In this document: piece after piece, positions 44,130-54,978 of the stretch
Numbering within the stretch: the first letter of the stretch is position 1
Layout of the letters: every line of letters starts with the position of its first letter
Source of the DNA: a virus
Lineage: Duplodnaviria; Caudoviricetes
Reading direction: 5' to 3' (one strand)
DNA: 56,618 nucleotides
Virus record (IMG/VR): IMGVR_UViG_3300044837_000080
Location: 1 to 56,618 of that record
Position numbers and translations under genes: made by a program
The notes under the pieces: model-generated
Databases searched by the model: none
Told to the model about the DNA's origin: nothing
What the model saw: only the letters and a program-made list of their open reading frames with translations

Positions 44130-47100
44130 TGGTCGCGCTTGCTACGGCATTTGTGGCCATTAGGCCGGACACTTCACAATTCCAGCGGGATGCCGCTAGG
44201 GATCTGGGCTCGGCCGGACAATCGGCCGGTACCCAATTCGGTACCTCGTTCACGCGCGAGTCCGGTACCCGGATGCGTCAAGGCCATACCCAAACGAATA
44301 CAGACCTGAGCCGGCAAAGCGAGGAAGGTGGACGAACCTCAGGACGCCGGTTCGGTTCCGGCTTCAGTGGCGGGATGGGGAACATAGGTAAGACGGTCGG
44401 TGCCGCTTTCGCCGGCGCGGCATTGGCTCAGGGGCTCTCGGCTGCCCTGGACCTTACGGCTGCCACAGCGAAACTGAAGGCTCAGCTAGGTCTAACTCAG
44501 GTCGAGTCACAGCGCATAGGTAGCGTGGCCGGCAAACTGTACGCCGGCGCGTATGGCGAAAGCATGTCCGAAGTCAATGACGCTATTTCATCTGTGGTCC
44601 AGAACATGGATGGTTTGCGTGGCGCATCTTCAGCGGCACTGCAAGAGACCACAGCGCGTGCTATCACTGTCGGTCAAGTGCTCGGGGAAGATGTGGGAGC
44701 GGTCACCACATCCGTTAGTCAGATCATGCGTACCGGACTTGCGAAGAGTAGCAAGGAAGCCTTTGATATCATCACGTTCGGTGCTCAGCACGGGGCGCAC
44801 TCGTCACAGGACTTGCTAGACACGTTCAAAGAATACGGCACTCAGTTCCGTAAATTGGGTTTGGATGGACAGACCGCACTAGGTCTGATTCAACAGGGTT
44901 TGCAGGGTGGCGCGCGTGACTCGGATCTGGTAGCGGACTCCATTAAGGAATTCAGCATCCGAGCCGTTGACGGATCTAAGCTAACCTCTCAGGGATTCAA
45001 GTCCCTTGGGTTGGATGCTAAGGCCATGGCTGAACAAATCGGCGGTGGCGGTAAGGGTGCGTCCATTGGACTGCAATCCGTCCTGGACAAACTACGTGGT
45101 ATTAAGGACCCGATCAAGCAAGCGCAGATAGCCACGTCACTATTCGGTACCCAAGCTGAGGACATGGGTAAGGCACTCTTCAGCCTGAATCCGTCTACGG
45201 CTATCAGCTCCCTAGGCAAACTGGCCGGCGCTACGGATGCCGCTGGTAAGGCTCTCGGGGAGACACCTCAGGCTAAGTTCACGGCATTCAAACGTGGCCT
45301 GGAATTGAACCTGACTACGTTCATATCAGAGAAGGTTATCCCGGTACTCTCGTGGTTTGGTAGCGCGCTCGGGACCGCTTTCGGTTTCCTCTCCAGCTCC
45401 GGTACCGGAGCGAGCATCCTACGCGGCGCATTGCTCGGGGCTGTGACGGCTATCGTACTCGTGACGGCTGCCACAAAACTATGGTCAATCTATCAAACAG
45501 TCCTGAACGTGGCCATGGATGCCAACCCTATCGGGCTGATTGTCATTGCCATAGCGGCTCTGGTGGGAGCTGTGATCCTTGCCTACCAGCACAGTAAGAC
45601 ATTCCGAGATATCGTCCAAGGTGCATGGTCCGGGATCCAAGCGGCTGCCACAGCCGCATGGGCTTTCCTAAAGCCCATCTTCCAGGGTATCTATACGTTC
45701 GTCACTGTGAACATGATCCCTGTTTGGAGTCTGTTTGCCGCGTATTTCAAACTGGTTTGGAAAGTCGTATCAACTGAGCTGAAGATAGCTTGGATAGTCA
45801 TCCAGATCATTTTCAAAGCCATTGTGTTCTACGTGACGAATTTCATTATTCCCGGATTCAAACTTCTGTGGTCTGCAGTCAAATTGATCTGGTCTGGAAT
45901 TAAGGTAGCTATCTCGGTTGCATGGGCAGCTATCAAAATCATCTGGAAAGCCATCCAGGTTTACATTGACGTTTTGAAATTCGCCTTCCAGGTATGGTGG
46001 GCTCTGATCAAATTCGTCTGGGGTGGCATCCGGATAGCCATATCAGCGGCTTGGAATTTCATCAAACCAATTTTCACCGCAATCAAAAACACACTGGCTA
46101 CCGTTCTTGGTCCTGCGTTCAGCGCCATAAAGACGGTTATCAGTGTCGTATGGGGAGCTATAAAGCTTGCCATATCCTCAGCGTGGTCCAGTATCAAGGT
46201 CACTTTCAACGCGCTAAAGACCGGCGTCAATGCAATCAAGACGGCTTTCTCCATTGCCATGGATGCTATCAAATCCATCTGGAATGGACTGAAGGCTGCC
46301 ACGAAAGCGCCGGTATCGTTTGTCGTCAATACGGTCTATATGAACGGCATCCGGCGCGTGTGGGAAGGTGTCCGGGGCGTAGTGCCTGGACTCCCCGCAC
46401 TCCCGAGTGTCAAGTTTGCCGCCGGCGGTATCTTCCCCGGATACTCACCTGGATACGACAACCTAGCGGTTCCCATGGCGGCATTCTCTGGTGGGGAAGG
46501 TGTGCTCCGGCCTGAGGTTACTAAGGCCATCGGACCCCGATTCATTTACGGATCCAATAAGGCAGCCATGTCCGGTGGTGTCGGGGGAGTGCTGAAGTTC
46601 CTCGGAGGATTCGGGGATCCGGGAGGTACCGGGATACCCGGCTACGCTACCGGTGGTATCGTTCAGCGGTTCTCTGGTGGTGGCATTCTCGGATCCATTA
46701 AGAATGTCCTGTCTAAACCAGTGAACATCGTGAAACATCTCGGAAGCACCATCATTTCCAAGGGTGTTGACTTTTTCGCGAAACAGATTCTAGACCCGAT
46801 TACGAATCAGATCCCCCACGGGGGAGCGCCGTGGATGTCTGCCCTTTCCTACATGCCTGAGCAGATGATTAAGGGATTCCTGAACTTCATTAAGACAACG
46901 GTTTCCCCGAAGATATTCGGGGGAGCTAGCTCCGTTGTCAGTGCGGCTCGGAAGTGGCTAGGGACCCCGTACTCATGGGGCGGTGGCGGTCCCGCTGGAC
47001 CGTCTTACGGCATCGCTCAGGGAGCCCATACCCTAGGGTTTGACTGTTCCGGCCTTACTGAGAACGCGTGGTGGAACGGCGACCATATAGATATCGGTGG

Positions 47101-47527
47101 CACTACGGTGCCGCAGTGGTCTAACTCGTCCCCGATCGGTGGGCCCAAAGCCGGCGCTCTCGCCTTCCCAAGCGGTCCCGGTGTTCACGTCATGCTCGGT
47201 TCGGATAAGCCGGGATATGTCATCCAGGCACCCCATACCGGCGCGTATGTAGAGGAAGTCAAACGGTCGTCTGGTAACTGGCGGTGGCCTAAGTCTGCGA
47301 AATTCGACAGTGGCGGATTCCTGGAACGTGGGATATTCAACGGCACGTCAGACCCCGAGCCCGTTCTGACTGGTCAACAGTGGAGTGACATTCACACGCT
47401 AGCCTCTCGGGGTTCCCAACCTCAGCAAATCGGACCGTTCAATGTGACTGGACTTCCGACCATGCCGTCAGAGAAACAGATCACTAATGCGGTAGACCGC
47501 GCGTTGACGCTTAACGGGAAGTGGTGA
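44129..47527 (+). CDS. Tape measure protein with C-terminal NlpC/P60 domain
   Basis: 1132 aa; Trp-spaced repeats; LGTPYSWGGG..GFDCSGL..HV. Confidence 0.92.
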   Translation: MVALATAFVAIRPDTSQFQRDAARDLGSAGQSAGTQFGTSFTRESGTRMRQGHTQTNTDLSRQSEEGGRTSGRRFGSGFSGGMGNIGKTVGAAFAGAALAQGLSAALDLTAATAKLKAQLGLTQVESQRIGSVAGKLYAGAYGESMSEVNDAISSVVQNMDGLRGASSAALQETTARAITVGQVLGEDVGAVTTSVSQIMRTGLAKSSKEAFDIITFGAQHGAHSSQDLLDTFKEYGTQFRKLGLDGQTALGLIQQGLQGGARDSDLVADSIKEFSIRAVDGSKLTSQGFKSLGLDAKAMAEQIGGGGKGASIGLQSVLDKLRGIKDPIKQAQIATSLFGTQAEDMGKALFSLNPSTAISSLGKLAGATDAAGKALGETPQAKFTAFKRGLELNLTTFISEKVIPVLSWFGSALGTAFGFLSSSGTGASILRGALLGAVTAIVLVTAATKLWSIYQTVLNVAMDANPIGLIVIAIAALVGAVILAYQHSKTFRDIVQGAWSGIQAAATAAWAFLKPIFQGIYTFVTVNMIPVWSLFAAYFKLVWKVVSTELKIAWIVIQIIFKAIVFYVTNFIIPGFKLLWSAVKLIWSGIKVAISVAWAAIKIIWKAIQVYIDVLKFAFQVWWALIKFVWGGIRIAISAAWNFIKPIFTAIKNTLATVLGPAFSAIKTVISVVWGAIKLAISSAWSSIKVTFNALKTGVNAIKTAFSIAMDAIKSIWNGLKAATKAPVSFVVNTVYMNGIRRVWEGVRGVVPGLPALPSVKFAAGGIFPGYSPGYDNLAVPMAAFSGGEGVLRPEVTKAIGPRFIYGSNKAAMSGGVGGVLKFLGGFGDPGGTGIPGYATGGIVQRFSGGGILGSIKNVLSKPVNIVKHLGSTIISKGVDFFAKQILDPITNQIPHGGAPWMSALSYMPEQMIKGFLNFIKTTVSPKIFGGASSVVSAARKWLGTPYSWGGGGPAGPSYGIAQGAHTLGFDCSGLTENAWWNGDHIDIGGTTVPQWSNSSPIGGPKAGALAFPSGPGVHVMLGSDKPGYVIQAPHTGAYVEEVKRSSGNWRWPKSAKFDSGGFLERGIFNGTSDPEPVLTGQQWSDIHTLASRGSQPQQIGPFNVTGLPTMPSEKQITNAVDRALTLNGKW

Positions 47528-47530
47528 CCC

Positions 47531-48871
47531 ATGCCCGCTGTCACTACGATCACGGATCCCTTCGGGGTTGACTGGCCGCTGGATGGTTCAGATGGGCTGT
47601 GGGAAGGTGCGGGTAAGAAAGGTTTCCACGGGGTTCTCTATCAGCACTACCGGGATGAGAGCCCGTTTGTACCCGGTGCCTTCTGGCGTGGGGTCCGAGC
47701 ACTCTCCCGAGAGCTACTGATCCCTGTAGTCATCCGGAACGTGGATCGGGATCAGTTGCTCGCCACACGTCGCGCCCTCGCTAAAGCCGTGTCCCCCATC
47801 CACGGGGAGTGCATTCTTACCAGCGCATGGCCGGACGGTTCCGTGAGACGGATTCGGGCTCGGTACGTGGACGGTATGGACGCCGGCCTTCAGGGTCCAG
47901 GCGAGTACGGCATAACCGTCATGAAATACAGCATGAGGTTCATAGCGGATGACCCGTATATGTTCGGGGACTCACTTGACACTACCTGGTCTCTAGCGGC
48001 TCAGACCCGTACTGAGCTACCGATCCCCGGAGCGGATACGTTCTATGAAGTGGTGTCCTCACCACTCCTGACGAGTAACACACCGGGTACGCCGCTGAAC
48101 AGTAACACAGGCTTTGAAGTCAACACAGCTAACTGGACCGGTAATGGCGGCACCCTTTCCCGAGATACCGCCACATTCAAAAACGGAGTAGCTTCAGCGA
48201 AGCTGATCCCGGACGGGGTGTCAGCCAATGGCCGGATAGACTCGGACCGGTATGCCGTGACTCCCGGCATTCCGTATGTGGCTTCAGGGTGGCTCGCCTG
48301 TGCAACGTCCCGGTTCCTGAATCTAGATGTGAACTGGTACGATGCTGGTGGCGCGTATATCTCCACTTCCAGTAGTGGCATTGGCGTGACGGCTAACGTG
48401 TTCACCTACCTGTCTGAGGTAGTAACATCCCCCGTTAATGCCGTAGCGGCAACCATCATCCCGACCGTTGCCAGTACGCCACCGGCAACAGACATCCTGT
48501 GGGCAGATGATGTGATCCTGAGCCGCGCCGGCGGTGTATCCCTCACTAACCCCGGTGACGTGGACACGTACCCGGAATGGGCATTCAGCGGTCCTTTTAC
48601 TTCCATTATCGCCACGAATAACATAACCGGTAAAACGTACACCATCATCCATACGGCTGCCACAACCGCTAACAGTCTGTACCTGAATACCGATCCGGGT
48701 AACTCGTATCTCGTGGATGAGAGCGGCATTAACCGGTGGGATAAGTTGGTAGGTGGATATCAGCTATGGCCCATGGTGTCAGGGGATAACCCCGTGAACC
48801 TGGTCATGACCGGAGTAGATACCAATTCAGCGGCTACCTTGTCATTCAATCCACTTTATGAGGCAGACTAA
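47531..48871 (+). CDS. Distal tail protein (Dit) with inserted carbohydrate-binding module
   Basis: Follows tape measure; DPY, N.GDV..YP; N..FE....W CBM-like insert. Confidence 0.75.
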   Translation: MPAVTTITDPFGVDWPLDGSDGLWEGAGKKGFHGVLYQHYRDESPFVPGAFWRGVRALSRELLIPVVIRNVDRDQLLATRRALAKAVSPIHGECILTSAWPDGSVRRIRARYVDGMDAGLQGPGEYGITVMKYSMRFIADDPYMFGDSLDTTWSLAAQTRTELPIPGADTFYEVVSSPLLTSNTPGTPLNSNTGFEVNTANWTGNGGTLSRDTATFKNGVASAKLIPDGVSANGRIDSDRYAVTPGIPYVASGWLACATSRFLNLDVNWYDAGGAYISTSSSGIGVTANVFTYLSEVVTSPVNAVAATIIPTVASTPPATDILWADDVILSRAGGVSLTNPGDVDTYPEWAFSGPFTSIIATNNITGKTYTIIHTAATTANSLYLNTDPGNSYLVDESGINRWDKLVGGYQLWPMVSGDNPVNLVMTGVDTNSAATLSFNPLYEAD

Positions 48872-49185
48872 TGAGCGTGTTTGCGTCCCTTCAGGAAGCT
48901 ACCGAGCCCGGTCCCGGTGAGGGTAGGCAGCTAGCCAAGATGACCGCACACCACACCATGTCGGTATTCCTCAGCGCGCCGGCCATTACGTGTGTGGTGT
49001 ATCTGGAAGGCTCCCACGATGGGGACAACTGGATGCGGATTGCGACCATGGCTAGCTACCTCGGAGGGTTCACCGGGACACAACCGACCGGCGGACTCAT
49101 GGCCTGGATACGTGCGAACCTCGCTGAACTGAACGGGGAAGGCGTTACGGTAACGGCGACCATAGCTAGTGCGGATGACATATGA
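48871..49185 (+). CDS. Small tail-region protein
   Basis: LEGS.DG.NW motif. Confidence 0.6.
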   Translation: MSVFASLQEATEPGPGEGRQLAKMTAHHTMSVFLSAPAITCVVYLEGSHDGDNWMRIATMASYLGGFTGTQPTGGLMAWIRANLAELNGEGVTVTATIASADDI

Positions 49186-50342
49186 GCATCCCCACAGCGG
49201 GCGCGCCTTACCAGATCCTTGTCAGGAATGCAGCGCGACGCCGCGTAGGCGAAGTAACCCGATTGACCGCGCTTACCTTGACTCCGGTGTTCAATGGCGT
49301 TGGGGGTTTCTCTATCACCCTGCCGGCGGATGACCCTAAATCGTCTCTGCTCTCTCCCGGTGGATGGCTTCAGTTCCTCTCGGAGGATTCCGAGATCACG
49401 TCAGGGCAGATACGCGGTATCAAGCTGATCAAGGATGATAGCAATCCTTTCTCGGGAACCTTCACTATCTACGGGCCCACATCCGAGCAAGTGATAGCGG
49501 ATAGGCTCGCTTTCCCAGTCCCCACCCTGCCGGCTGCCATCCAGTCCGGAGCTGAGTACGACATACGCTCGGGAGCCGCTGAGACGGTTATCAAAGGGTA
49601 CGTCAGTGCCAATACCAAACCTAGTGCCGGAGCCGGATTCCCCAGGAGCACGGCTGGACTCATCATTGAACCGGACCTAGGTCGCGGGGATCCCGTCTCG
49701 GCTAGTGCTCGGATGAATAACCTACTGGACCTGATCACTACATTGGCACAGTCTGTAGGGCTCGGATTTCGGGTGTCATTCAATACCTTGGATCAACTCG
49801 TCTTCAGTGTGTACGAACCTACCGACCGATCAGGCTCGGCTAAATTTGGTACTGAGCTAGGGAACCTGGTTTCTTTTGAACAGACCACCGAAGCGGCTAA
49901 AACCAATGTGGCGATAGTCGGGGGAAGCGGTTCGGGAACCGCGCGAGTGTTCCGAGAGGTAGCCGATACGCCTTCACAAACGGCATGGGCTAACCGGACT
50001 GAATCGTTTGTGGACCAACAGGACACCGCTACCACTACGGAACTAGATCAGGCCGGCGTGTCGGAACTGGTCACTAACGGACCTATATCCGGTGTGACAA
50101 TCAAGACTATTGACACACCTAAACTGAGGTTCTCCCGTGATTACTTCCTTGGGGATGTGGTGTCCATCCCGGAAGCCAACGTAACGGATGTGCTCCGGAC
50201 TCTCACCATTACCTGGTCTGCAGATGCCGGTCAATCGGTAGAGACCACAGTCGGAACGGCATCCATGACCGGCACTAGAAAGATGATTCAGATGCTCGCT
50301 TTGCTTAATGCCAAGGTGTCGCTACTCCAGACGAATACGTGA
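49182..50342 (+). CDS. Siphovirus Gp37-like minor tail protein
   Basis: FN.VG.F, G.AETVIK.YV, V.G.G.G.AR, DY.LGD.V. Confidence 0.75.
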   Translation: MSIPTAGAPYQILVRNAARRRVGEVTRLTALTLTPVFNGVGGFSITLPADDPKSSLLSPGGWLQFLSEDSEITSGQIRGIKLIKDDSNPFSGTFTIYGPTSEQVIADRLAFPVPTLPAAIQSGAEYDIRSGAAETVIKGYVSANTKPSAGAGFPRSTAGLIIEPDLGRGDPVSASARMNNLLDLITTLAQSVGLGFRVSFNTLDQLVFSVYEPTDRSGSAKFGTELGNLVSFEQTTEAAKTNVAIVGGSGSGTARVFREVADTPSQTAWANRTESFVDQQDTATTTELDQAGVSELVTNGPISGVTIKTIDTPKLRFSRDYFLGDVVSIPEANVTDVLRTLTITWSADAGQSVETTVGTASMTGTRKMIQMLALLNAKVSLLQTNT

Positions 50343-50351
50343 GGTACCGAT

Positions 50352-51392
50352 ATGGCTACTGAAACCGCTGTGCCGTTTGTGGGCTCCCCTATCGCTACGT
50401 CCCAACAGTACCGGGATAGGTATTCACTGGTTCAGCCGGACATGATCGATGGCGGTACCGCGCTAGCGGTCACTAACTCCGCTAACACAGCCGTGTCCAT
50501 CGCCAATGGTGGCGCTATCATCCAGGCCGCTCGGTACGATCTCACGGCTGGACCACTCGTACTCGCTGTGGCTACCAATGCGGCCGGCTCTAACCGATTC
50601 GATATCGTGTGTCTCACCTACGACGCCACGCATAGTCCGGTGGTGTACCTGAGGATCGTTCAGGGTACCGCCGGAGCCGGACTCCCCGCATTGACCAATA
50701 GTGCATCCGGGGTATGGGACTTCCCCATCGCGCATTACGAAAAGCAAACCGGAACCAATCTCATTATCAACATCCGTGACCGGCGTAAGTTTGCGGATGG
50801 CGCTGGACAGACGGTTGGACTGGATGACACTACCGGCACGCTCGGTGTTGGATGGTTCCCGCCGGCACCACGTATCGGTCAAGTGCAAAGGTTCTGGCCT
50901 TCAGGTAATTCGTATGTGTGGGATGGAACCGCGTGGTCTGTCAATGCCGTCACTCTATGGCACTCGGCAGACCAGACCGTGAACAACAATGCGACCCTGG
51001 TAAACATCACGGGGCTATCCGCGCCACTAGCGGCAACGGGCAAATACGTATTTGAGTCATTCATTGTGTACGACTCTGTGACGAACGTTCCGGATATGAA
51101 GATAGCCGTGAACTGTCCGGCTGCCGCCACCATGCACTGGGTTCCTAATGGGTTGGACCCCACTTCCACTACGCGCGTAGGTGCCATAGATTTCCGTGAC
51201 GCGCTCGGAGCTGGATTCTTCACTACGGGAACCACTGGGGGATCTCTTCAGACAATCATCTCGCCTAAGGGGATAGTCCGTACCGGTGGCACGGCCGGCA
51301 CACTTGACATGCAATTCGCACAGTCCACGGCGACTGCCGAGAATACCGTGCTACGCGCTGACTCGTATATGCGCGTTACTCGGATAGGGTGA
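50352..51392 (+). CDS. Minor tail / receptor-binding protein
   Basis: R.D.V.L..D, GT...G.P.LT....W..PIA; distinct C-terminal domain. Confidence 0.7.
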   Translation: MATETAVPFVGSPIATSQQYRDRYSLVQPDMIDGGTALAVTNSANTAVSIANGGAIIQAARYDLTAGPLVLAVATNAAGSNRFDIVCLTYDATHSPVVYLRIVQGTAGAGLPALTNSASGVWDFPIAHYEKQTGTNLIINIRDRRKFADGAGQTVGLDDTTGTLGVGWFPPAPRIGQVQRFWPSGNSYVWDGTAWSVNAVTLWHSADQTVNNNATLVNITGLSAPLAATGKYVFESFIVYDSVTNVPDMKIAVNCPAAATMHWVPNGLDPTSTTRVGAIDFRDALGAGFFTTGTTGGSLQTIISPKGIVRTGGTAGTLDMQFAQSTATAENTVLRADSYMRVTRIG

Positions 51393-51434
51393 CGTTCAGC
51401 TAGCACGCATGATGTTGTCTGGAGAGGGTTAAGT

Positions 51435-51704
51435 GTGGACTACCGCGCCGGTATGGATGCGAATAGCGAGGGACGCGCTATGCCTATGCGTAGGGTTGGG
51501 AGGGATAGTGTACCTGGCACTTACCGATTCCACGAACGCATTCAGTTGGACGGTAATGGTGAGTCTGACCGGGGTTCCCGGCATATCGTCGGCGGTGGCT
51601 CTCCTGATAGGACGCTCCCAACCTGGTATTACGGAGGAATCCTCACAGCCATCGGATTTGTCCTCTTGATCGTGACACTCATTTACTCGGGTAGGTACCA
51701 CTAA
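51435..51704 (+). CDS. Membrane protein of the lysis region (overlapping 51433-51669 is an alternative)
   Basis: C-terminal TM segment; TAATG coupling to the next gene. Confidence 0.45.
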   Translation: MDYRAGMDANSEGRAMPMRRVGRDSVPGTYRFHERIQLDGNGESDRGSRHIVGGGSPDRTLPTWYYGGILTAIGFVLLIVTLIYSGRYH

Positions 51705-51958
51705 TGGCAAAGGAAATATCAGGGAGACTGATTGCGTACCTACTCATCATGTCCTGTGCCGCGCCGGCACTGATAGGCATCTTCGGAGTGCTCTACACGA
51801 GTTACGCTATTCGGCAGAGTAACCAGAAGATGTGCCACGTTCTGAACACGATCTATAATCCGGCTCCGGTCCAGAACACTCCGGCCAATCCAAGGGGGCT
51901 GCAGTTCCAGAAGGATTTGCAACAGCTCCGGCTAGACTACAGATGTGAGGGCAAGTGA
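51704..51958 (+). CDS. Membrane protein of the lysis region
   Basis: N-terminal TM segment; two downstream Cys. Confidence 0.65.
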   Translation: MAKEISGRLIAYLLIMSCAAPALIGIFGVLYTSYAIRQSNQKMCHVLNTIYNPAPVQNTPANPRGLQFQKDLQQLRLDYRCEGK

Positions 51959-52884
51959 CCACGTTCGGTCTGGACTACGCTTATGGGCAGCCAAGCGTAA
52001 AGACCATGAAGGCGACCAAGGATAGCGCCGGACGAGCCGTCACGTTCGTCTGCCGGTATCTCTCCCACAGCGCTGGAAAGAACCTCACGCGCAAAGAGGC
52101 AGACACCCTGACCGCCGGCGGTATCTGGATGGCTGTGGTATGGGAAACCACAGCCGATCGGGCTCTGTCCGGTAAGGCCGGAGGTATCGCGGACGCAAAG
52201 GAAGCGCTCCGGCAAGCTACCGTGTGTGGAATGCCGGATGACCGTCCCATCTATTTCGCTGTGGATTGGGACGCGTCCGCTTCACAGCAGAGCGCCATTA
52301 ACCAGTACCTCATCGGATGTGCATCCGTGCTCGGGGTTGACCGCGTAGGACTGTACGCGGGATATGGTCCCATCACGCGCGCTTTCTCTGCAGGGGTCAT
52401 TGCATGGGGGTGGCAGACTTACGCGTGGTCCGGTGGGGAGCTGAGCACTAAGGCGCAGCTTTACCAGTACTCTAACGGGCACACAGTCGGGGGAATCGGC
52501 TGTGACTACAATCACGGACTACACGACGATTTCGGGCAATGGAAAGTGGGCGAATCATTCATGGCTATCAGTGATGCCGACGCGCTGAAGATCGCGAAAG
52601 CGGTATGGGGAACGGACAACATCATCCCGGCTGCCGACAGTGGCGCGAATCCGGCTAATGCGTTCTGGGCTCCCTCGTTCCACGTCTCGGACATGGGCAC
52701 TCGGGTCCGAGCGCTTCAGAAGGCTCTCACGGGCTCGTCCGGCTCGGTGGACACGTCCGCTGTGGTAGCCGGTGTTCTGGCCGGACTGAATCCCACAGCG
52801 CTAGCGGATGCCATCGCTACGCAGATGGGACCGGACGTAGCGGCAAGCGTCCTGGATGCGCTGAAGGCTCGTCTAGAGTCCTGA
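51955..52884 (+). CDS. Endolysin, DUF1906/GH25-like glycoside hydrolase
   Basis: GLDY, FVCRY, VWE, PIYFAVD.D, WQT.AWS.G. Confidence 0.88.
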   Translation: MTTFGLDYAYGQPSVKTMKATKDSAGRAVTFVCRYLSHSAGKNLTRKEADTLTAGGIWMAVVWETTADRALSGKAGGIADAKEALRQATVCGMPDDRPIYFAVDWDASASQQSAINQYLIGCASVLGVDRVGLYAGYGPITRAFSAGVIAWGWQTYAWSGGELSTKAQLYQYSNGHTVGGIGCDYNHGLHDDFGQWKVGESFMAISDADALKIAKAVWGTDNIIPAADSGANPANAFWAPSFHVSDMGTRVRALQKALTGSSGSVDTSAVVAGVLAGLNPTALADAIATQMGPDVAASVLDALKARLES

Positions 52885-52934
52885 TAGCCATCCCATTAAT
52901 CATCCTGGATGTTCCAGGTGGAAGGGATCCTCAG

Positions 52935-53144
52935 ATGTCAGCATGGCTCGCACAGCGCGCGAAAGCGCTATCGGCTACGCTCGGAGCGCTGGTTACGGCT
53001 CTACTCGCTAACGGAGATCTTTTCGTGAGCAACGTTAATCACTGGTGGCCTATCGTCTCGGCTATCCTCACAGCCGCTCTCGTCTACCGGGTACCGAACC
53101 AGGTACCGGCCACGTCCCCCGAGCCGGCGGGTAAGGACGCGTAA
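52935..53144 (+). CDS. Holin
   Basis: Two TM segments, KA..A, VY.VPN; follows the endolysin. Confidence 0.75.
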   Translation: MSAWLAQRAKALSATLGALVTALLANGDLFVSNVNHWWPIVSAILTAALVYRVPNQVPATSPEPAGKDA

Positions 53145-53159
53145 CCTCAGCTCATGCCG

Positions 53160-53190
53160 AGAGCCCCGACCGTACGCGGTCGGGGCTCTC
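53160..53190. terminator. Hairpin ending the late operon
   Basis: AGAGCCCCGACCG-TACG-CGGTCGGGGCTCT. Confidence 0.8.
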
Positions 53191-53198
53191 TGTTGCGC

Positions 53199-53390
53199 TC
53201 AGGGGATCAGGGTTACTGCCGACTCGGGAACCCACCGGGGATATCCACTCTTCGTGGATCCGTAGCCGTTCTGTGAGTTGGTGTCCTGGACCATGTAACC
53301 ATCCTGCCGGTACTTCCGTTCCGAGCGGATGATGGTAGCGGTTCCGAAACCCACCTTGACTAGCGTGCCACTTGCGATCTCATTTGCCAT
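53199..53390 (-). CDS. Stand-alone cassette (moron) protein
   Basis: Own TTGACA..CAGTAT promoter containing GGGATGTCA; probably leaderless; flanking hairpins. Confidence 0.65.
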   Translation of the reverse strand: MANEIASGTLVKVGFGTATIIRSERKYRQDGYMVQDTNSQNGYGSTKSGYPRWVPESAVTLIP

Positions 53391-53720
53391 GCCTTGATAC
53401 TGACATCCCGGTGACCTCTTGTCAACCCATCCAGATATCCCACCTGGAATGACGAGAGCCCCGACCGTGGGAACGATCGGGGCTCGGGTGCCAGCAGGTC
53501 ATATCCAGGAAGTTCCATCACCGCGCGTCATGCACTCACCACCTTTGTATGCCGGAGATCCCGCACCATTGATTTCATCATACGGGCTCTCGCCTGATCC
53601 GGGTACCTAGCGTGAGGGGAACATCACCCTTACGCCAGAGAGCCCGGACCCTGATCGGGTCCGGGCTCTCACTGATCGGCTGTGCCCGTGCGTTGTGCCC
53701 GCACTCGCACCGATCATGTC

Positions 53721-54248
53721 TTACGGGTTGACAACGGCGACCTTACCGGACTTCCCGGAAGTAGCGGAAGCGGTAGCCGCCGGAGCCTGGAAAGGGTCCG
53801 TGACCGGAGCCGGCGCGGCCGGCGCGTCCGAAGCCTGAGCCGAAACGGTAGCGGGGGCATCCTCAGCGGGCTTGTCCGTTGCCAGGAACACAACCCACAC
53901 ATCCGTACCGGGAGTGACCTTGGGGGCAACGGTCTCTCCGGTGGCCTTGACCCTGGTCGGCTTCAGGTCCTTCAGCGGGATGACATCATCGGTGCTAGCG
54001 GTCCCCGGTGACTTGCTCAGAACCTGGACCGTGACACTCCAGCCGTGACGGGTGGCCGCACGACGGATCAGACGCTCGGCATCCGGCGCGTCCTTGGCGC
54101 TCATGGGGAGTGCCTGAGCCTTGCCGGCGCTGTGGGAGAGGGAGAGGTGACCCTCCAGTGGGTTCGTGTTCGGCTGCCGTCCGCGTGCCGACTTCAGGAT
54201 CTCGGCGGGCTCCGGCTTAGCCTCTGCGAGCCAGTTCAGATCTTCCAT
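53721..54248 (-). CDS. Hypothetical protein with Ala/Pro-rich tail
   Basis: GGAGG SD; hairpin at 53637-53670. Confidence 0.7.
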   Translation of the reverse strand: MEDLNWLAEAKPEPAEILKSARGRQPNTNPLEGHLSLSHSAGKAQALPMSAKDAPDAERLIRRAATRHGWSVTVQVLSKSPGTASTDDVIPLKDLKPTRVKATGETVAPKVTPGTDVWVVFLATDKPAEDAPATVSAQASDAPAAPAPVTDPFQAPAATASATSGKSGKVAVVNP

Positions 54249-54315
54249 GATTCGTTCCTCCGTTTGTACCGCTGATTTGACTGCCTAGTTCGATTACCTG
54301 AACAGTACCCCATGA

Positions 54316-54978
54316 TTAGACCTTAGGCAACACCGTGCCGACTAGTTCAGCGATGATGCCCACTACGAACACCGGAACCATCACCCAACGCTCAAACGGT
54401 CCGTTCGTCCTGAACAAACCTAGTTTGAAATTACGCTGATCAACCGGCCAGAGGATCGGGCATCCCTGAAGAGTGACCACGTCCCCGAGCACATGCACGA
54501 GGCACCCGAGTACCAGCGCCGGCGGTACGATCCCGAGCGGTACGTGTGTGAAGGACACGATCCAGATCACTACCGGGATAGGTGCCAGATCATCCAGCCA
54601 TCCCGGTATCCCGAGTAGCCGAATCGGTCCAGCGAACGTAAGTACCATCACGCCGCACAGGAACACCTGAGCCATGAAGCCGGTCCGGTACGTGACTGCC
54701 GTCTGTGCTAGTACCCCGAGCACAGCGATACCGAGAATCGAGTGTGTACCTCTCCGGTGTCCCCCGGTAAGAGCGCTCATGATCCAACAGAATGCGCGCG
54801 TGATCGGTCCGAAGGAATTGGACACCGTTGATCTAGGGTGATCAATGTCCGGGAGGAGTGCCGCTCCGGTACAGACGGCTACGCCGGCACACGCTTCAGG
54901 TACCGGCATGTGTACCAGGTACGCGGCAACACCGATCCCCACAGCGGCTCCCGAGAGCGCGTGTGATCTCCCCATCAT
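54316..54978 (-). CDS. Membrane metal-dependent hydrolase (YdjM-like)
   Basis: MG.SH, GA.LPDIDHP.S, HR..THS, H..GD..T..G.P..WP. Confidence 0.88.
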   Translation of the reverse strand: MMGRSHALSGAAVGIGVAAYLVHMPVPEACAGVAVCTGAALLPDIDHPRSTVSNSFGPITRAFCWIMSALTGGHRRGTHSILGIAVLGVLAQTAVTYRTGFMAQVFLCGVMVLTFAGPIRLLGIPGWLDDLAPIPVVIWIVSFTHVPLGIVPPALVLGCLVHVLGDVVTLQGCPILWPVDQRNFKLGLFRTNGPFERWVMVPVFVVGIIAELVGTVLPKV

